Below are positions 11,266 through 25,559 of a stretch of 64,000 nucleotides of DNA, piece after piece. Within the stretch, counting starts at the first letter, position 1; every line of letters begins with the position of its first letter. The DNA is from Octopus sinensis (taxonomy: Eukaryota), in assembly GCF_006345805.1 (NCBI RefSeq), contig NC_043000.1:111290001-111354000 (forward strand), read 5' to 3'. The translations under genes and the position numbers were made by a program. The notes beneath the pieces were generated by a model that was given only the letters and a program-made list of their open reading frames with translations, ran no database searches and was not told where the DNA came from.

Positions 11266-11974
11266 AGTCATTACAGGTCCTGCATTCGTAATTTTTCTGT
11301 TGGAATTTGTCGTGGTGTTGACCTGATTCATGCTGTTGTACAATGAACAGGGCCTACCCCTCTTGCCACTGTTTTCAGGGGTTCAATATTCAGAAACTCT
11401 AATGGAGTTTTGGTTAGGATTAGCGATAAGAGTTAGCAATTGTCATATATTTTTGTTACTTCTAAAGGCTGCAATAAGTGGATGAAGAAATATTTCTTTG
11501 AAATGACGATATTTTTGTGGAATATGTTGATAACTGCCATGCAACACTTTTGAAATACCGGCAAAATTTCAGTGCCAGTTAATCACTTAAGGAATTTGGT
11601 TATAAATTTTACTCTGACTATTATAATTAGTCAGGGAAGTTTGACATTCATTGTTACTTTTAGCTGTGTCATTTGTGGTTTCATCATTTTAATCATGATT
11701 CATTAAAATTAAGTCTGGTGTTAAGGCACACAAAATGATTTGCATCATCATCATCATCATCGTCGTTTAACGTCCGCTTTCCATGCTAGCATGGGTTGGA
11801 CGGTTCAACTGGGGTCTGGGAAGCCAGAAGGCTGCACCAGGCCCGGTCTGATCTGGCAGTGTTTCTACAGCTGGATGCCCTTTCTAATGCCAATGCATGT
11901 TTCCAATAATCCAGCACAAATCTTTTTTTTTTTCAAAACTTGTATCTTTGGATTTGATTTAATTGTATGATTCT

Positions 11975-12375
11975 CTTTTACTTGTTTCAGTCATTTGACT
12001 GTGGCCATGCTGGAGCACTGCCTTTAGTCGAGCAAATCGACCCCAGGACTTATTCTTTGTAAGTCTAGTACTTATTTTATTGGTCTCTTTCGCCGAACCG
12101 CTAAGTTACGGGTTGGTAAACACACCAGCATCGGTTGTCAAGCAATGTTGGGGGAGGGGGGACAAACACAGACACACAAATATATACACACACATACATA
12201 TATATATATACATATATATGGCAGGCTTCTTTCAGTTTTCATCTACCAAATTCACTCATAAGGCTTTGGTCGGCCTGAGGCTATAGTAGAAGACACTTGG
12301 CCAAGGTGCCATGCAGTGGGACTGAACCCGGAACCATGTGGCTGGTAAGCAAGCTACTTACCACACAGCCACTCC
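11975..12375 (-). mobile_element. tRNA-derived SINE with internal microsatellite
   Basis: tRNA-like head gtggctgtgtggtaag...ggttcagtcccac on the minus strand; copies at ~29545-29965(-), 46830-47170(+), 52875-53280(-), heads at ~16710-16850 and 54930-55050. Confidence 0.75.
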
Positions 12376-13989
12376 AATGTGGATGATGAGAACACTGGGG
12401 AAGTTAAATGTGGGATGATGCTCCAATCATCCATACCATACAATTAAGTCAAATCCAAAATTGCAATGTTTGAGAATAAAATTGATTTGCACTACTTAAT
12501 ACTTCACAGAAGAGAGAAAAACATTCCTGAATATTGAGATGATTGGTTCTGTGTAACAAAGCTTTCACAACATCTATGTAAGCCTGGCTTCATTGGATGA
12601 TGAATAAGGCTCATTGCCATTGATAGCTTTAGTGGAACAGAAATCTGTTGATTCGTGGTGGCTACTAATGAATAAGTGATAGTCTGCAGTATCACTTATT
12701 CATTAGTGACTGTTACAGAGTATGACTACTGAAGGCTCTTGAAGGAATCAGGAATTGGCCAGCGATTGGCCAACACCTTCAACATGATGTATAGAAGTAG
12801 TCTTTCTTTTTCTGGTTAGAGATTTCCGGATTAGAAGTTAAGCTTATTGGTGTAATGTTTGTGGAGACAGCATTTGAGATTTATGAAAAATATTAAAAGT
12901 TAATGACTTACAATTACTCTTTGGGTTCTCCTGGTGCTGATTACTAATTTCCTAATTAGAGCTGTGGATGGGGTTAGAATTCTCATATTTGTCTTATTAG
13001 GGCTTTCAGTAAGGATAGTATTTTCCTGCCTTGAAGTCTGGAGTAATACCTAAGAAGTTTAGCCGGGGTTAGAAGGATGACAAGATTTATATTTAAACCA
13101 AGCTCATTGATGATTCCTATTAAGTTATTTAAGCATAGCCTGGCTGTTCATGCTATTTGAACTTGCTAGCTCATTCTCTCCATAAAAGCCAGAGATGTAT
13201 GGAGTTGGCAGTCTGTTTTTGATACAACTAGTTTTCAATTTTGACACATGGCCAGCAATTTCTGGAGAGAGGGTAGGTTGATTACATATTTCATCAGTTG
13301 GAGGTACCACAAGTCTATAGGGATGGTAAATTCAGATCAAAAATGTAGCATGACCTTTGAGTAGGAAAATAAAAATTTTGCTCCAAGACAGTTATAGGTT
13401 GAACAAAAGACCAGAACTTTTAGCACCTTGTATCCATAATGTCAAATATATTTTATGTAAGTATCAATCTCCTTGATTTTCAGCCTGGTTTAAACCAAAA
13501 CTATTCGTTTTACAATTATAATTCACTTCAGATAGCTGGTTAAAAAAATTGTTTAAACAGTAATGGAATTTCATAAGAGAAGAATAGTTTTAATGTAACC
13601 TTTCTTGCACAAGATTGGATTCTGCATGTCATGTGAAATCATAAGTGTGGAAGCATTTAGATTAATGGTTTCGTTGCCACAAGAGCCTGGGAAAAGAGAT
13701 AGAAAATGTGAACTTGAAAACTGATTTTTATCAAATATCATTTGCCTGGCATTTTAAAAATTATTGAGGTAAGTGTTTTGTGATAGCTTTCATATATTTT
13801 AAAATATATTAAAATACCTGTTGATTTAAGAGGCAACAGGCTTGCTTTGTCAGCTGGAAGAAAAGCAAAACAAAAGTTGAACAACTTGCATTTTTTTTAT
13901 CCATTAAGTTAAAATTTATATTTCTGTGTTTGTATATGTGAGTGCGTGTGTGTACAGAACAGTATGTTTTACGCACACACACACATATA

Positions 13990-14023
13990 TGTATACATGT
14001 ATACATGTACATATATACATATT

Positions 14024-14064
<41 letters not shown>

Positions 14065-14370
14065 TATAATATATATATATTATATATATATATATATATT
14101 ATAATATATATATATAATATAATATATATATATATATAATATATATATAATATATATATAATATATATATATATATAATATATATATATATATATAATAT
14201 ATATATAATATATATATATATAATATATATATATATACATATATACACACATATATATATGCTCATATATATGCACCCACACACATGCACACATACATAT
14301 ATATATACACATACACACACATAGATATACATGTATATATATATATATACATACACATATACATATATAT
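13990..14370. repeat. Compound (TA)n/(TAA)/(CA) microsatellite
   Basis: Visible directly; produces spurious IY-rich ORFs. Confidence 0.95.
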
Positions 14371-15084
14371 GTATAATCTTGATAGTATCACTGATAACAC
14401 GCTACCCTATACTGATTACATACATTCTTACTATTCTCCACCGCCACACCCTAAACACCCTGCCCCCACTCTCTAAACTATTGCCATAAATCAATTCCAG
14501 AGAGACTAAAGTTCCTTCGTGTACGACACCCCCTCCACCAACCCGAACCCCCCCCCCCCCGTATCATTTCTCCATCTTCTGTGACAGTCAATAGCTCAGC
14601 AACAACGAAAACAACAATAACACCAGCGGCAACAACAACAACAACAGCAACTGCAAATGCAACAACTCAAACAACAGCATCTGCGATAACAATAAAAACA
14701 GCAGCAGCAGTAACAACAACAACAACAACAACAAGCCATTTAATATTTCAATATTAAAGAAAAAAAAAACTAATTCTATTTATGTCTGTCACTTTGATAG
14801 TGTATTTACTATTTCTGACATTGATTAAATTATTGATTAGGGGTAAGGGTGAAGGGCGGAGGGGGTGAGGTGGGGGTGGACGATGTGTTATGTCAACCCC
14901 CAGGAGTAACTTGACAAGCACTTTATTTTTCATTTTATTAATTCTGGGGAAAATGAAAGAGTAAAGTCAGCCTTGCGAGGATTTGAACTCAGAAATTAAA
15001 GGAATGCAACTTGATACTCTAACTTCGACACCCTCACGGCTTTAACCATCCTTCCCCCACCCCAACCTTGTTATGTATCATATT

Positions 15085-15272
15085 GATATTATTATTATTA
15101 TATTAGTAGTAGTAGTAGTAGTAGTAGTGGTAGTGGTGTGGTGGTGGTGGTGGTGGTGGTGGTGGCGGTGGCAGTGGTGGTGGTGGCGGTGATAGTTGTT
15201 TTATGCAATAGTGGTAGTGGTTGGGGTGGGGGTAATAGTAGTTGTAGCAGTAGTGGTGGTGGTGGTTGTAGT

Positions 15273-15339
<67 letters not shown>

Positions 15340-15407
15340 ATAGTAATTGTAGTAGTGGTGGTGGTGGTAGTTGTAGCAGTAGTGGTGATGGTGGGGTGGT
15401 GGTCTTT

Positions 15408-15438
<31 letters not shown>

Positions 15439-15550
15439 AGGTGGTGGTGGTTGTAGTAGCAGCAGCAGTAGTAGTAGTAATAGTGGTGGTGGTGGTGGTA
15501 ATAGTAGTTGTAGTAGTGGTGGTGGTGGTGGTAGAAGTAGTAGCAGTAGG
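15085..15550. repeat. Mosaic trinucleotide tract (TAG/TGG/CAG)n
   Basis: Visible directly; similar mosaics at 23340-23595, 46370-46745 and 50180-50615. Confidence 0.95.
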
Positions 15551-15879
15551 ATCATCAGCATATTGGACAAAATGCTCGGCAATACTCTTCCTGGCTCTTC
15601 ACAATCTGGATTCAAATTCCTCCCAGGTCAACTTTACTTTTCACCTCTTTCAAGGCACACAATTGCTAGCCCACTAGGCAAAATGCTTGATGGTATTTCA
15701 TCCGGCTTTACATTTCTGAGTTCGAATTCCCCCACCAGGTCAACTTTACCTTTCATACTCTTGGGGTCAATAAAATAAATACTAGCTGAGTACTGGGGTT
15801 GATGAATTTCACTACACCCTCCCCCATAATTTCAGGCCTTGTGCCTATAGTAGAAAAGATTATTGTTATTATTTCTGAC

Positions 15880-16260
15880 TTTTAATCTGCACGTTTGTTA
15901 CAATCACTTGCCAAGACACACCCAGCATCCTAGGGCGTGTGAAGGATAAGAGATGTTACAATATGACTAAAAGCTTGGGGAGGGGAAGTGGCAGGGGCAG
16001 TAGCAAAATATCTTCATGTAATACAACACAGACATTTAAATGGATAGGGTTTTTCTAAGGATGTGGGCAGTACAATCTTTTGGATTTCTCTGAGACATAG
16101 TTCTCCTGAGATATTGTTTAGATGTTTCTGACATCCCTTTCTTATCATACCTAGTTCACCCACAATAACTGGAACAGTTCTCACTTTAAGATGCCACATC
16201 TCTTGTAATTTCAATTTCCATGCCCTTATATTTACTTGATTAGTCAAATTCCTTGACAGA
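15880..16260 (-). mobile_element. R4/Dong-like non-LTR retrotransposon 3' fragment (RLE C-terminus)
   Basis: QEMWHLKVRTVPVIVGELGMIRKGCQKHLNNISGELCLREIQKIVL matches the C-terminus of RLE-clade LINEs. Confidence 0.55.
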
Positions 16261-16932
16261 TATATTTTTATCAGTGGGAATACTTACACCTATTAGTCTA
16301 CAAGTATTTTCTTCTCTGTCTTTAGTAGTAGTAGTAGTAGTAGTTGGCAGTAGTGCTGGTGTTATTGTGCAAAGAACAGTTTGTTAATGGTTATGGTAAT
16401 GGTGGTGGTGGTGGTGGTGGTAGTGGTGGTTGGGGTAGTGCCAACATTAATAGAAAGATTCCTCAATCCCAGTAGAGACAGATTCTGTACAGAGAATGGA
16501 ATATAAAACCATCATCTTTAATTAGACATGATAAATATGGTGGTAGCGGTGTTGGTGGTGGTGGTGATGGTGGCAAAGATAACAATGATGTAGATGATGA
16601 TAAGGATGATGCCGGTGGTGATGATGATGATGATATAGAGAAGAGACAATTCAATTATTGCGAAATAAACTACATGAATTTTAATGAGATTTTTCTCACA
16701 GTTTTTGACAGGCAAGTGGTAAACAGTTTGCTCCCCAACCACATGATTCTAGGTTCAGTCCCACTGTGTGACACCTTGAGCAAGCATCTTCTACTATAGC
16801 CCCAGGTGAATTTTGTTGATAGAAACTAAAAGAAGCCCATCATATATGTATATATATATATCTATATCCATCTCTCTCTCCCTATCTATCTATCTATTTG
16901 TCTATCTATTTATCTATCTATCTATCTTTCTA

Positions 16933-18085
16933 TCAGGTTGAGTAAAAAGTAAACAACGTTTTGATCCATAAAGAATTTGTACCAGATTTTTGATGAGTTC
17001 TGAATTTTCTTAAACATTTTTTTGCAATTGCCTGATAATACAGACTTAGACTTGCCCAAATGCATCAATAAATTAACATTGATATTTTTTTCACAGTTGT
17101 TACAATCATCTGAAATTGAACTCTCAAATCGCGATATTCAAGCAATTTTGCTATTCAACTTCAAAAAAAGACGTAAAGCAGCTGAAACTGCCCACGATAT
17201 CAAGGAAATGTTTGGTGAGGAAATGACCAGTGAGTGGTCAGTTCGAAAATGGTTTAAAGGATTTCACTGTGGAGACCTGAGATTTGAAGATCGTAAGTGT
17301 AGTGGACGCCCATCTGTCATCGATGACAGTCAGTTAAAAACTGTCATTGAGAAAGATCTACGTAAAACCACTTGAGAACTGGCAAAAGAACATCAAGTTG
17401 GCCCAAAAAACTGCCTGTAACCATTTACATGCGATTGGAAAATCAAAAAAGCTTGACAAATGGGTACCACACAATTTGAATGAAAATCAGAAAATGCGCA
17501 GATATGAAATTTGCTCGTCGCTTCTTTTCCATAACCAGACCGATTTCTTGACCGTATTGTAATTTGCGATGAGAAGTGGATTCTGTATAATAATAAAAAA
17601 CGTTCTTTGCAGTTGTTGGACCAAAATGAAGCACTGAAAACCTTCCCGAAACCCAAGCTCTTCAAAAAGAAGGTTACGGTGGTGTACTGCTGGAAAAAGA
17701 AACATATTGCCTTGAAATTGCCAAAAGGAATGAAAAATTGATACTCCTCTGTCCCAGACTGGTCAACAGAAGAGGGACAATCATTCTTCATGACAATGCT
17801 TGACCATACGTTTCAGTAATGACACTCCAGAAGTTGAGGGAACTTGGCTACAAAGTTCTTCCCCACCCAACTTGTTCCCCAGACCTCTCTCCTACCGATT
17901 ACCACTTTTTCAAGCACCTTGATGGTTTCCTGTGAGAGAAGGAGTTCAAAAATCAAACCAAACCTGAAAGTGCATTGAAAGAGTTCATCAGCTCCAGAAC
18001 TCCAGATTTTGATGTTACCGGAATAAACAAAATTGTAACTCATTGGCAAAAATGTGTTGATTGCAATGGTGCAATAATAGTTGAG
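16933..18085 (+). mobile_element. Degenerate mariner transposon (DD34D type)
   Basis: HTH region (KAAETAHDIKEMFGE...WFKGFHCGD..FEDRKCSGRPS), WVPHNL, CDEKWILYNN, PDLSPTDYH-like motifs; stops and frameshifts; left TIR-like end at 16933. Confidence 0.85.
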
Positions 18086-18256
18086 ACCCAAAGAGTGGCA
18101 GGTAATGCTAAGTAAGTGCTAAGGACAGACCATAGTTAAACTTTTGGGTCGATCATGATACGATTGAAGAGTTTAGTGTGGGTCTTGTATTAGCCTGATT
18201 ATATATATATATATTCGACAAAAACAGATAACAGCTTTGTTATCTGTTTTTATTGA

Positions 18257-18310
<54 letters not shown>

Positions 18311-18966
18311 GTGTGTGTGTGTAAAAGTAATAGTGATAGAAGCAGTATTAATACAAAAAGGTAATGTTTATCCCCACTTAAAAGTGGATGTTGTATTAGA
18401 ACAGAGAATACTGTGATAGATATCATGAGAGGACCCCTTATATGTGCTTTTGGGGCATATAAGCACTCCTGTTTATATCACAAGTGGGAGGATGAAAGGT
18501 AATTTATCTCCCACTAGCAATATAAACAGGAGTGTTCATATGCACCAGAAAGTCCTAATAAGAGGTCCTTTCATGATATCTATTACAGTATTCTCTGTTC
18601 TAACACAGTGTCTACATTTAAGTGGGGATAAATATCACCTATTAATACTACAATTTTCAGACATACATCTCTGTCTATTGACAGATTTATAATATCCCCA
18701 GCCAATCATTAGAGGTGTTTTTTTATCTGTAACATTGAATGGAATTTATCAATATATCTTTTATCAATAAAGTTATTTATAGCTTGACTAGTGTTTATCA
18801 ATGCAGCTTTTGTTTACTGTAAATATTTATATCATGTGTGTGTGTATACATGTGTATATGTGTGTGTGTATGTACATCTCTCTCTCCCACTCTGTCTGTC
18901 TGTCTGTCTCTGTCTCTCTCTCTCTCTTTTTCTTTCTCTGTGTGTGTATGTATATATAAATATGTA

Positions 18967-19500
18967 CAGGGTGTGGTGAATAAACTGTCGTCTAAATTAC
19001 GTGAAAATGAAAATAACGCCAACATCTCATTTTAACAGATATACTTACCAAAAATTACATAAAAATATCTTGAAATACTAAAGAGTAAATTTATTCAATA
19101 AAATCGCCATTGGCTTCAACCACGGCCTCCAGACGACTTCAGCATCTCCTGCAATTCTTCTGGACAGTCTCCTTGTTTAAGTTGGTTAATGCTGCCATAA
19201 TACTTGTCTTCAGTTCATCTTAGGTGTGTGTTACAAGGAGTTTTGTTAGTCTCTCACTCAACTGCTCACCACACACAATAATCAAGTAGGTTGCAGTCTT
19301 GGAAGTTAGGTGGCCAGATGTTTGGAGTGGTGTAGTTGCAGAAATTTATGGCAAAGGGTACTACATCATGGTGCTATTTTTCTCACAGACAGTGCCCAAC
19401 TGACCCTACTATACCATGTAGTTGACAAACTCAGAAACAAACAATGCACATGCATGAAATTAAAAATATGAAATGGTGACAATTTACCTATCACACCCTG
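18967..19500. mobile_element. Tc1/mariner-type internally deleted element (534 bp)
   Basis: Imperfect TIRs CAGGGTGTGGTGAATAAA / AATTTACCTATCACACCCTG, TA on both sides. Confidence 0.65.
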
Positions 19501-19547
<47 letters not shown>

Positions 19548-19842
19548 GCAAACAGACTATGTGTGCAGACTAAACAAAATGAAAAGACACCTGATTTATA
19601 TAAATGAACAAACTGTTTGCACATTCACAATTTTATTTGACAAGTTTGAAGATGAATGAAAGTGCTAATAATAAGGACTAAAAAAAAGATACTTTTTCTA
19701 AAATTCTGGCGACCTCCTCTTTTCTCAATATTCAATATCTGTACACCATTTCTAACACTCTATACATACATACACACATACATACATACATACATACATA
19801 CATACATACATACATACATACATACATACATACATACATACA

Positions 19843-19873
<31 letters not shown>

Positions 19874-19877
19874 GTAC

Positions 19878-19908
<31 letters not shown>

Positions 19909-21272
19909 AACACATGCACACACATACACACATACACACACACACTCACACACACACACACACACACAAACTCACACACACACACACACATGTCATACTT
20001 TTCCAAAGATTCCTTCTAACAAATTTTATTCAAAAGTCATTGATCAGAGAACAGGTGCCAAAAATGCCTTTGAATGGGATCAAACTTGGAACCAAGTGAT
20101 TGTGAAGGACACACACATATTCTGTGTTACACTAAGAAGTGTTGCACACTACTGGAATTTTTGATCCGGGTCAGATATAAGAAACTAACCTCCAAATTGC
20201 TGTTAGAGTAACTGCTTAAGTGGAGTGGAGACTAGTGAGTTTGTTCTGGTATTGAGTTGTACTAGTTGTAAAAAAGTGATATTTTGGAATGTCACTTTTT
20301 GGCTTGGCTTCATTATTACAAGTACATATATATTTATGTGTGTGTGTGTGTGTAGGTGCAATGGCCCAGTGGTTAGGGCAGTAGACTCACAGTTTCTATT
20401 CCCAGACCGGGTATTGTGAGTGTTTTCACTCTGGTGCAAGGCTTCGGCCTGGCCAGCCCCTGGCAAACCATCCCACCCATGCCAGCATGGAAGGCATACG
20501 TTAAACAAAGAAGACAATGTTGAGAACTCTGCGGTGATTGCAAAGCTTTAATTTCTTGCTTGTTTTGCTCATGCCAAAACCTGGCACTGCTTACAGAGCC
20601 CACTTTCAGATGGTAAGATTGGTATGTCCACTGACCAGTGTGGACATTTGCAGGAAAAATAGCTGATAGGGAAGAATTGTTGAATTCCAATAACGGGTTC
20701 CATCAGCATCATGCTGGGTCTATTTACATCATCATCATTGTTTAATATCTGTTTTCCATGCTGGCATGGGTTGGATGGTTTGAGAGGATCTGGCCTGCTT
20801 GAGAGGTGCACCAGGCTCCAATTACCCATTTTTGGCATGGTTTCTATGACTGGATGTCCTTCCTAAAGCCAACCACTTTACAGAGTGTACTGGGTGCTTT
20901 ATATGTGGCACCTACAACAAAATTGTTTAAAAGCAATTTAGACATGTTTTTGTGATGGAGAGAGTTTAATTATTTCCTACAACCTTGGTGGAGTGGAGTG
21001 GAGGAAATGACTTAATCTTTCCCGTACATTAATCGTTAACTCTACACCTCCAGAGAGAATTTAGATTGGATGAGGGCAAGTGAATGATATCAGCATCATT
21101 GCCTTCATCACAATTGTCATCATTGTTGTTTTCCTCATCACCATCCTCCTCTTCCTCCTCCTAATCATCATCATCATCATCATCATTAACCTCCTAACAT
21201 CAACATCATTGTTGTTGACATCACCCTCAACACCACCATCACCACAACCATCATCACTACCACCACCATCAC

Positions 21273-21305
<33 letters not shown>

Positions 21306-22091
21306 TTTGCATCTGTTTTTCCATGTTCCCATGGATTGGACAGGTTCCTTGTCATCTTCAAATTAATCTTCCTCCATTCTTACCATTTCTTCTTCCTTGC
21401 TCTTCTTCTTCTAAAACTGATTGGCATTTTTTCACCCAACTGTCATCCTTCATAAAAATCTGATTAAAACGTATTTATTCTTTGCATAAATACAATAAAT
21501 AAACGTGGATGCATCATGGTCAAATGTTTAAGAATATTGCCTCACAGTCATGAGGCCCTGGGTTCAATCTCATTGCACAGCATCTTGAACAAGTGTCTTT
21601 TACCATTGGTTCATGTCAACCCTCATCTTATGAGTGAGAATGAGTTACACAGAAATAAGGACCCAGTATTGTAACAGTTTGTATTTCAACGGTCCACAAC
21701 TATTCAACATTCTGTCAAACAACCTCAGTGGTTAGCAAGGTGTAGATGCTGAGGTCTTCAAAAAGCATTATTTATCTATTTATGTATGTCCTAGCTGTTG
21801 GACCCAGTGTTGCTTGTGTTTTCCATGTTGAAGTTAAGCCCACTTCTAACCTTGTATTGAAATTTTCTATGTTCCTTGTGCTAACTATTACCATTAAAAC
21901 TCAATCCCATTAAAACTTCAAGACTCCTTAAGGCAGCTGGAAATCTCATGAAAGATTAATGTCTTGCAAAAAGCAGCCTTATTGAGCACAGCACACATCT
22001 TAAGGAAAGTATTATCTGTCTGAGGTCCTTGTTGTGACTTGACAGATGACTAAAGACTCTGGTGCATTTTTACTTACACTGTGTTACGAAG

Positions 22092-22146
<55 letters not shown>

Positions 22147-22249
22147 TATAATAATAATAATAGTAGAATAGACAATACATTAGAAAGGGATAAGTGATAA
22201 GTGCAGAATCTTTGGACAAAATGGTAAAACCGTATGGTATATTACCAGC

Positions 22250-22830
22250 CAATGAACGCCACTAGCTCAGAAGGAATATAAGAGATGCTATGACAATATA
22301 GCAAGGCTTGTCCATTGGACACTTTACAACAAGTATGGACTTGGCAGTGCAAAAAATTGGTATGACCACAAACCTGAAGCCATTGTCGAAAATAGAAATG
22401 CAAAGATCCTATGGGATTTTATGATTCAGTGCAACCATGAGATAGGGAATAGGAAGCCAGACATAGTCTTAATTGAGAAAGAAAACAAACTATGCTGGAT
22501 CATAGATAAATTATGCCCAGCTGAAAACAAGGTATGCAACAGGGAAGAAAGAAAAGTCGAGAGAGATGACAGGTTACCTTGGTAAGTTAAGCAGTTGTGG
22601 TTGATGAAAAAGGTAGCAGTAGTACCAATAATTGTTGGAGCTCTGGGAACAGTGAGCAAAAATCTTGAGAAGTGTGTGGAACAAATAGGGGCTGAAATAA
22701 GGGTGGAGCACTAGCAGAAAACAGCACTGCTTGGAACTGCTTGAATACTCTGGAAGGTGCTCAAAAGATAAGAGGTGTTACCTTAGTTCACTGGTAGTGA
22801 ACAGCTGACACTTTTAGAAGCTGTGTAAAG
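22250..22830 (+). mobile_element. R4/Dong-like LINE 3' fragment with RLE domain
   Basis: RCYDNIARLVHW...WYDHKPEAIVENRNAKILWDFMIQ...RKPDIV..E...CWIID (PD-D endonuclease motif); follows an (AAT)n tract; a second 3' tail at ~21950-22090. Confidence 0.7.
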
Positions 22831-23546
22831 GCAATGACAATAATAATGGTTTCAAATTATGACACAAGGCCAGTAATTTTGCAGGCATGGGGATAGTCAG
22901 TTATATTGACTGCACCACTTAACTGGTACTTTATTTTATCGACCCTGAAAGGATGAAATGCAAAGTCGATCCCGGTGCCATTTGAACTCAGAACATAAAA
23001 TTAGAAGAAATGCTACCAAGCATTTTATCCAGCATGGTAATGATTCTGTTAGCTCATCTATAATAATAAACAGAGAAGCGGAGAAGATGGAAGAAGAAAT
23101 GGATTTGAAGAAAATGTCTCCACTTGCAGCCATTTGAGAAGGGATTGTCTTCTTATTTCAGAGATAAGACACTTCTGCTGAGGAATGGTGGAACAATACC
23201 AGACAGAACAGATTGCCAATACTGCTGTAGGACACACAGACAGATATCAAACAACAATAACTTCAGCAACGATAGCAACAATGACAAAATAAAATATCGG
23301 AAAAAAAACAATTTATCAAACTTCCTAATAACACTGTCACTGTTAACCACCACCACCACTGTCACTGCCACCACTACCACCATCACCACCACCACCACCA
23401 CCACCACCACTATGGTCGCTGCTACCACCAGCATCACCACCACTATGGTCGCTGCTACCACCAGCATCACCACCACCACCTTCACCACCACTGCCACCAT
23501 TACCACAGATACCACCACTGCTACCACTACTAACAACACCAGCTAT

Positions 23547-23593
<47 letters not shown>

Positions 23594-24592
23594 GCAGAGA
23601 TTATTCTGTCAGAAGCATTTGAAGAAAGCTCCCAGTAAGGATTTCTCATAACTTCACAACATAACAATACCCTCTACACGTTCCTAGAAGCTAAATGACT
23701 AGAAATAAATCACTCTACTTCTTTGACATCTATGAACACCTTTCCACTCCACCAGGTTGTGTGTGTTCGTGTGTGTCTATGTGTGTGTGTGCGCGCACGC
23801 GTATGTGTGTGTCTATGTCTGTGTCTGTGTGTGGGTTTTGTGGCTTAACAACCATTAATTGGAGTTAATATTTATATTATATTTAAAATTAACCACTTTT
23901 TGACTATTTCAAGATGGTGCATCAACTCCCTTTACCTGTAATCACAATTCTCACTTACAATACTAGACCTCCAGTTGATCTTAAGTTCTTGCTGTGACTC
24001 TATTGTAATTTTCAAGAAAAAAATTATTTTCAGGAAAGCATTTAAATATTATCTCTGTCATTACATTTAAAGTATCATTGGTTTTTGTTCAAGTACAGGC
24101 ATTTTTAGCTGTGTATGGTTTACCCTATTTAGTGCCATCCACGTATGACTTGTTGCATTCCATGATATACCACTTCATGTGGAAATTGTCATATGAGTCT
24201 TTTAAGAACCACATAACTGTATGAAATTGTTATGATCCTTCTCTCTTCCTTCCCAAAAGTGGCACATTGGTTTTGATAATGGTTTTGTATTCACTTACAC
24301 TAGTATGGGACATTTTAGTCACTGTGCTACCTGTTTTTGATTTCACTTTCATTTCATGAGCAATCTTATAAACAAATTCTCTAAGCCTAATTTTATCTCT
24401 AATTTTATCCCTTATAATATTTCCAATGTTTTTTGTATGCGAATGTAACCGACATGCATTGTGTCAATTAATACAGGCGTAATTTATTGTATCTATGACT
24501 GGTTGGGAAGTGTTTGTTAATTAGTGTTAAGAAAAATAAGCTATGTTGGAGTTTTCTAATGGTTGATAGATGGGTTAATCTAGACTATGCTA

Positions 24593-24630
<38 letters not shown>

Positions 24631-24754
24631 CCTCCACCACCACCACCACCACCACCACCACCATGTTCCATTTAGATTATGATACAATTTGTACTTATGC
24701 GCATCTGTTGTTCTTGCTTCTTGCTAGTGAATTATTGTCACAATATATCACCTT

Positions 24755-24797
<43 letters not shown>

Positions 24798-25066
24798 GCT
24801 AAAACACCAGCACCTCACTTTCACTTCAACTTTTCATCAACTCTCCTACTTCTGTGCTTAACACAAAGGTGCCTGTATGTGATCCTCTAAGCTGCTAGAA
24901 ATAATAGCCAATTTTCACTCAAATTACAAGAATGAAAAGATAGCTTGATTTAAGCAAAAAATGTAAGGCCATGACTGGAATGTCTTTGATTATAAGTCTG
25001 CTTACTCAGGGTCAAACAACACCACTACTACTACCTTCACCTCTCTTAGAAACAACATCAGCAAGT

Positions 25067-25440
25067 GGAGGCGCAATGGCCCAGTGGTTAGGGTAGCAGA
25101 CTCACGGTCGGAGGATCGCAGTTTCGATTCCCAGACTGGGCGTTGTGTGTGTTTATTGAGCGAAAACACCTAAAGCTCCATGAGACTCCGGGAGGGGGTG
25201 GTGGCGACCCTTGTTGTACTCTTTTGCTCCAACTTTCTGTCATTCTTTCTTCCTGTTTCTTGTTCCTGACTTCCTATGCAACCGCTGAGCCTAGATGCGC
25301 ATTCATTCGTCCGTCGATGCTCTCGGTGTTGGGGGTTGACCTGCTTTCTCTTCTGCGGGTCTTACGAATAGCAAAGGACCACATTTCAGACTTCTCACAC
25401 TGGGACGAAGACCGCTTCGCTCAACAAACAAACAACAAGA
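25067..25440 (+). mobile_element. tRNA-derived SINE (distinct family)
   Basis: GGCGCAATGGCCCAGTGGTTAGGG (A box) ... GTTTCGATTCCC (B box), (AAC)n-type tail; partial head also at ~20355-20430. Confidence 0.65.
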
Positions 25441-25559
25441 GCAACAACATGAATGTCAATAGATACAACAACAACAAATGAATGAATGTGAAAGAATAAA
25501 TAAAAACAAGTCAAGAGAGATTGATGATAAATGTTTATATAAGTTTTTTCTTGTAAAGG

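Larger units (their letters stand above)
7063..11290. repeat. Large inverted duplication (arms ~0.8 kb net of insertions)
   Basis: 7063-7417 plus 8986-9439 is the reverse complement of 10068-~10830 plus 11266-11290. Confidence 0.85.

Noticed and set aside
12500-13350. Possible old LINE RT remnant (minus; AYIDVVKAL-like) with a perfect 18-bp-arm palindrome at 12664-12707
   Set aside because: Similarity is limited to a few residues amid many stops; cannot be supported without an HMM search.
13809-14476. Long IY/YI-rich ORFs (also at 19-20, 31, 42.7, 44, 49.6 and 56-59 kb)
   Set aside because: Translations of (TA)n/(CA)n/(TACA)n microsatellites; no protein signal.
15103-15677. Poly-L/P/S/V/H ORFs (also 21061-21463, 23124-23594, 46307-46798, 49857-50706, 60178-60453, 62164-62470)
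   Set aside because: Trinucleotide repeat tracts lacking stops by composition.
25067-25140. tRNA gene
   Set aside because: Only a tRNA-like SINE head; no complete cloverleaf, and it continues into a SINE body.
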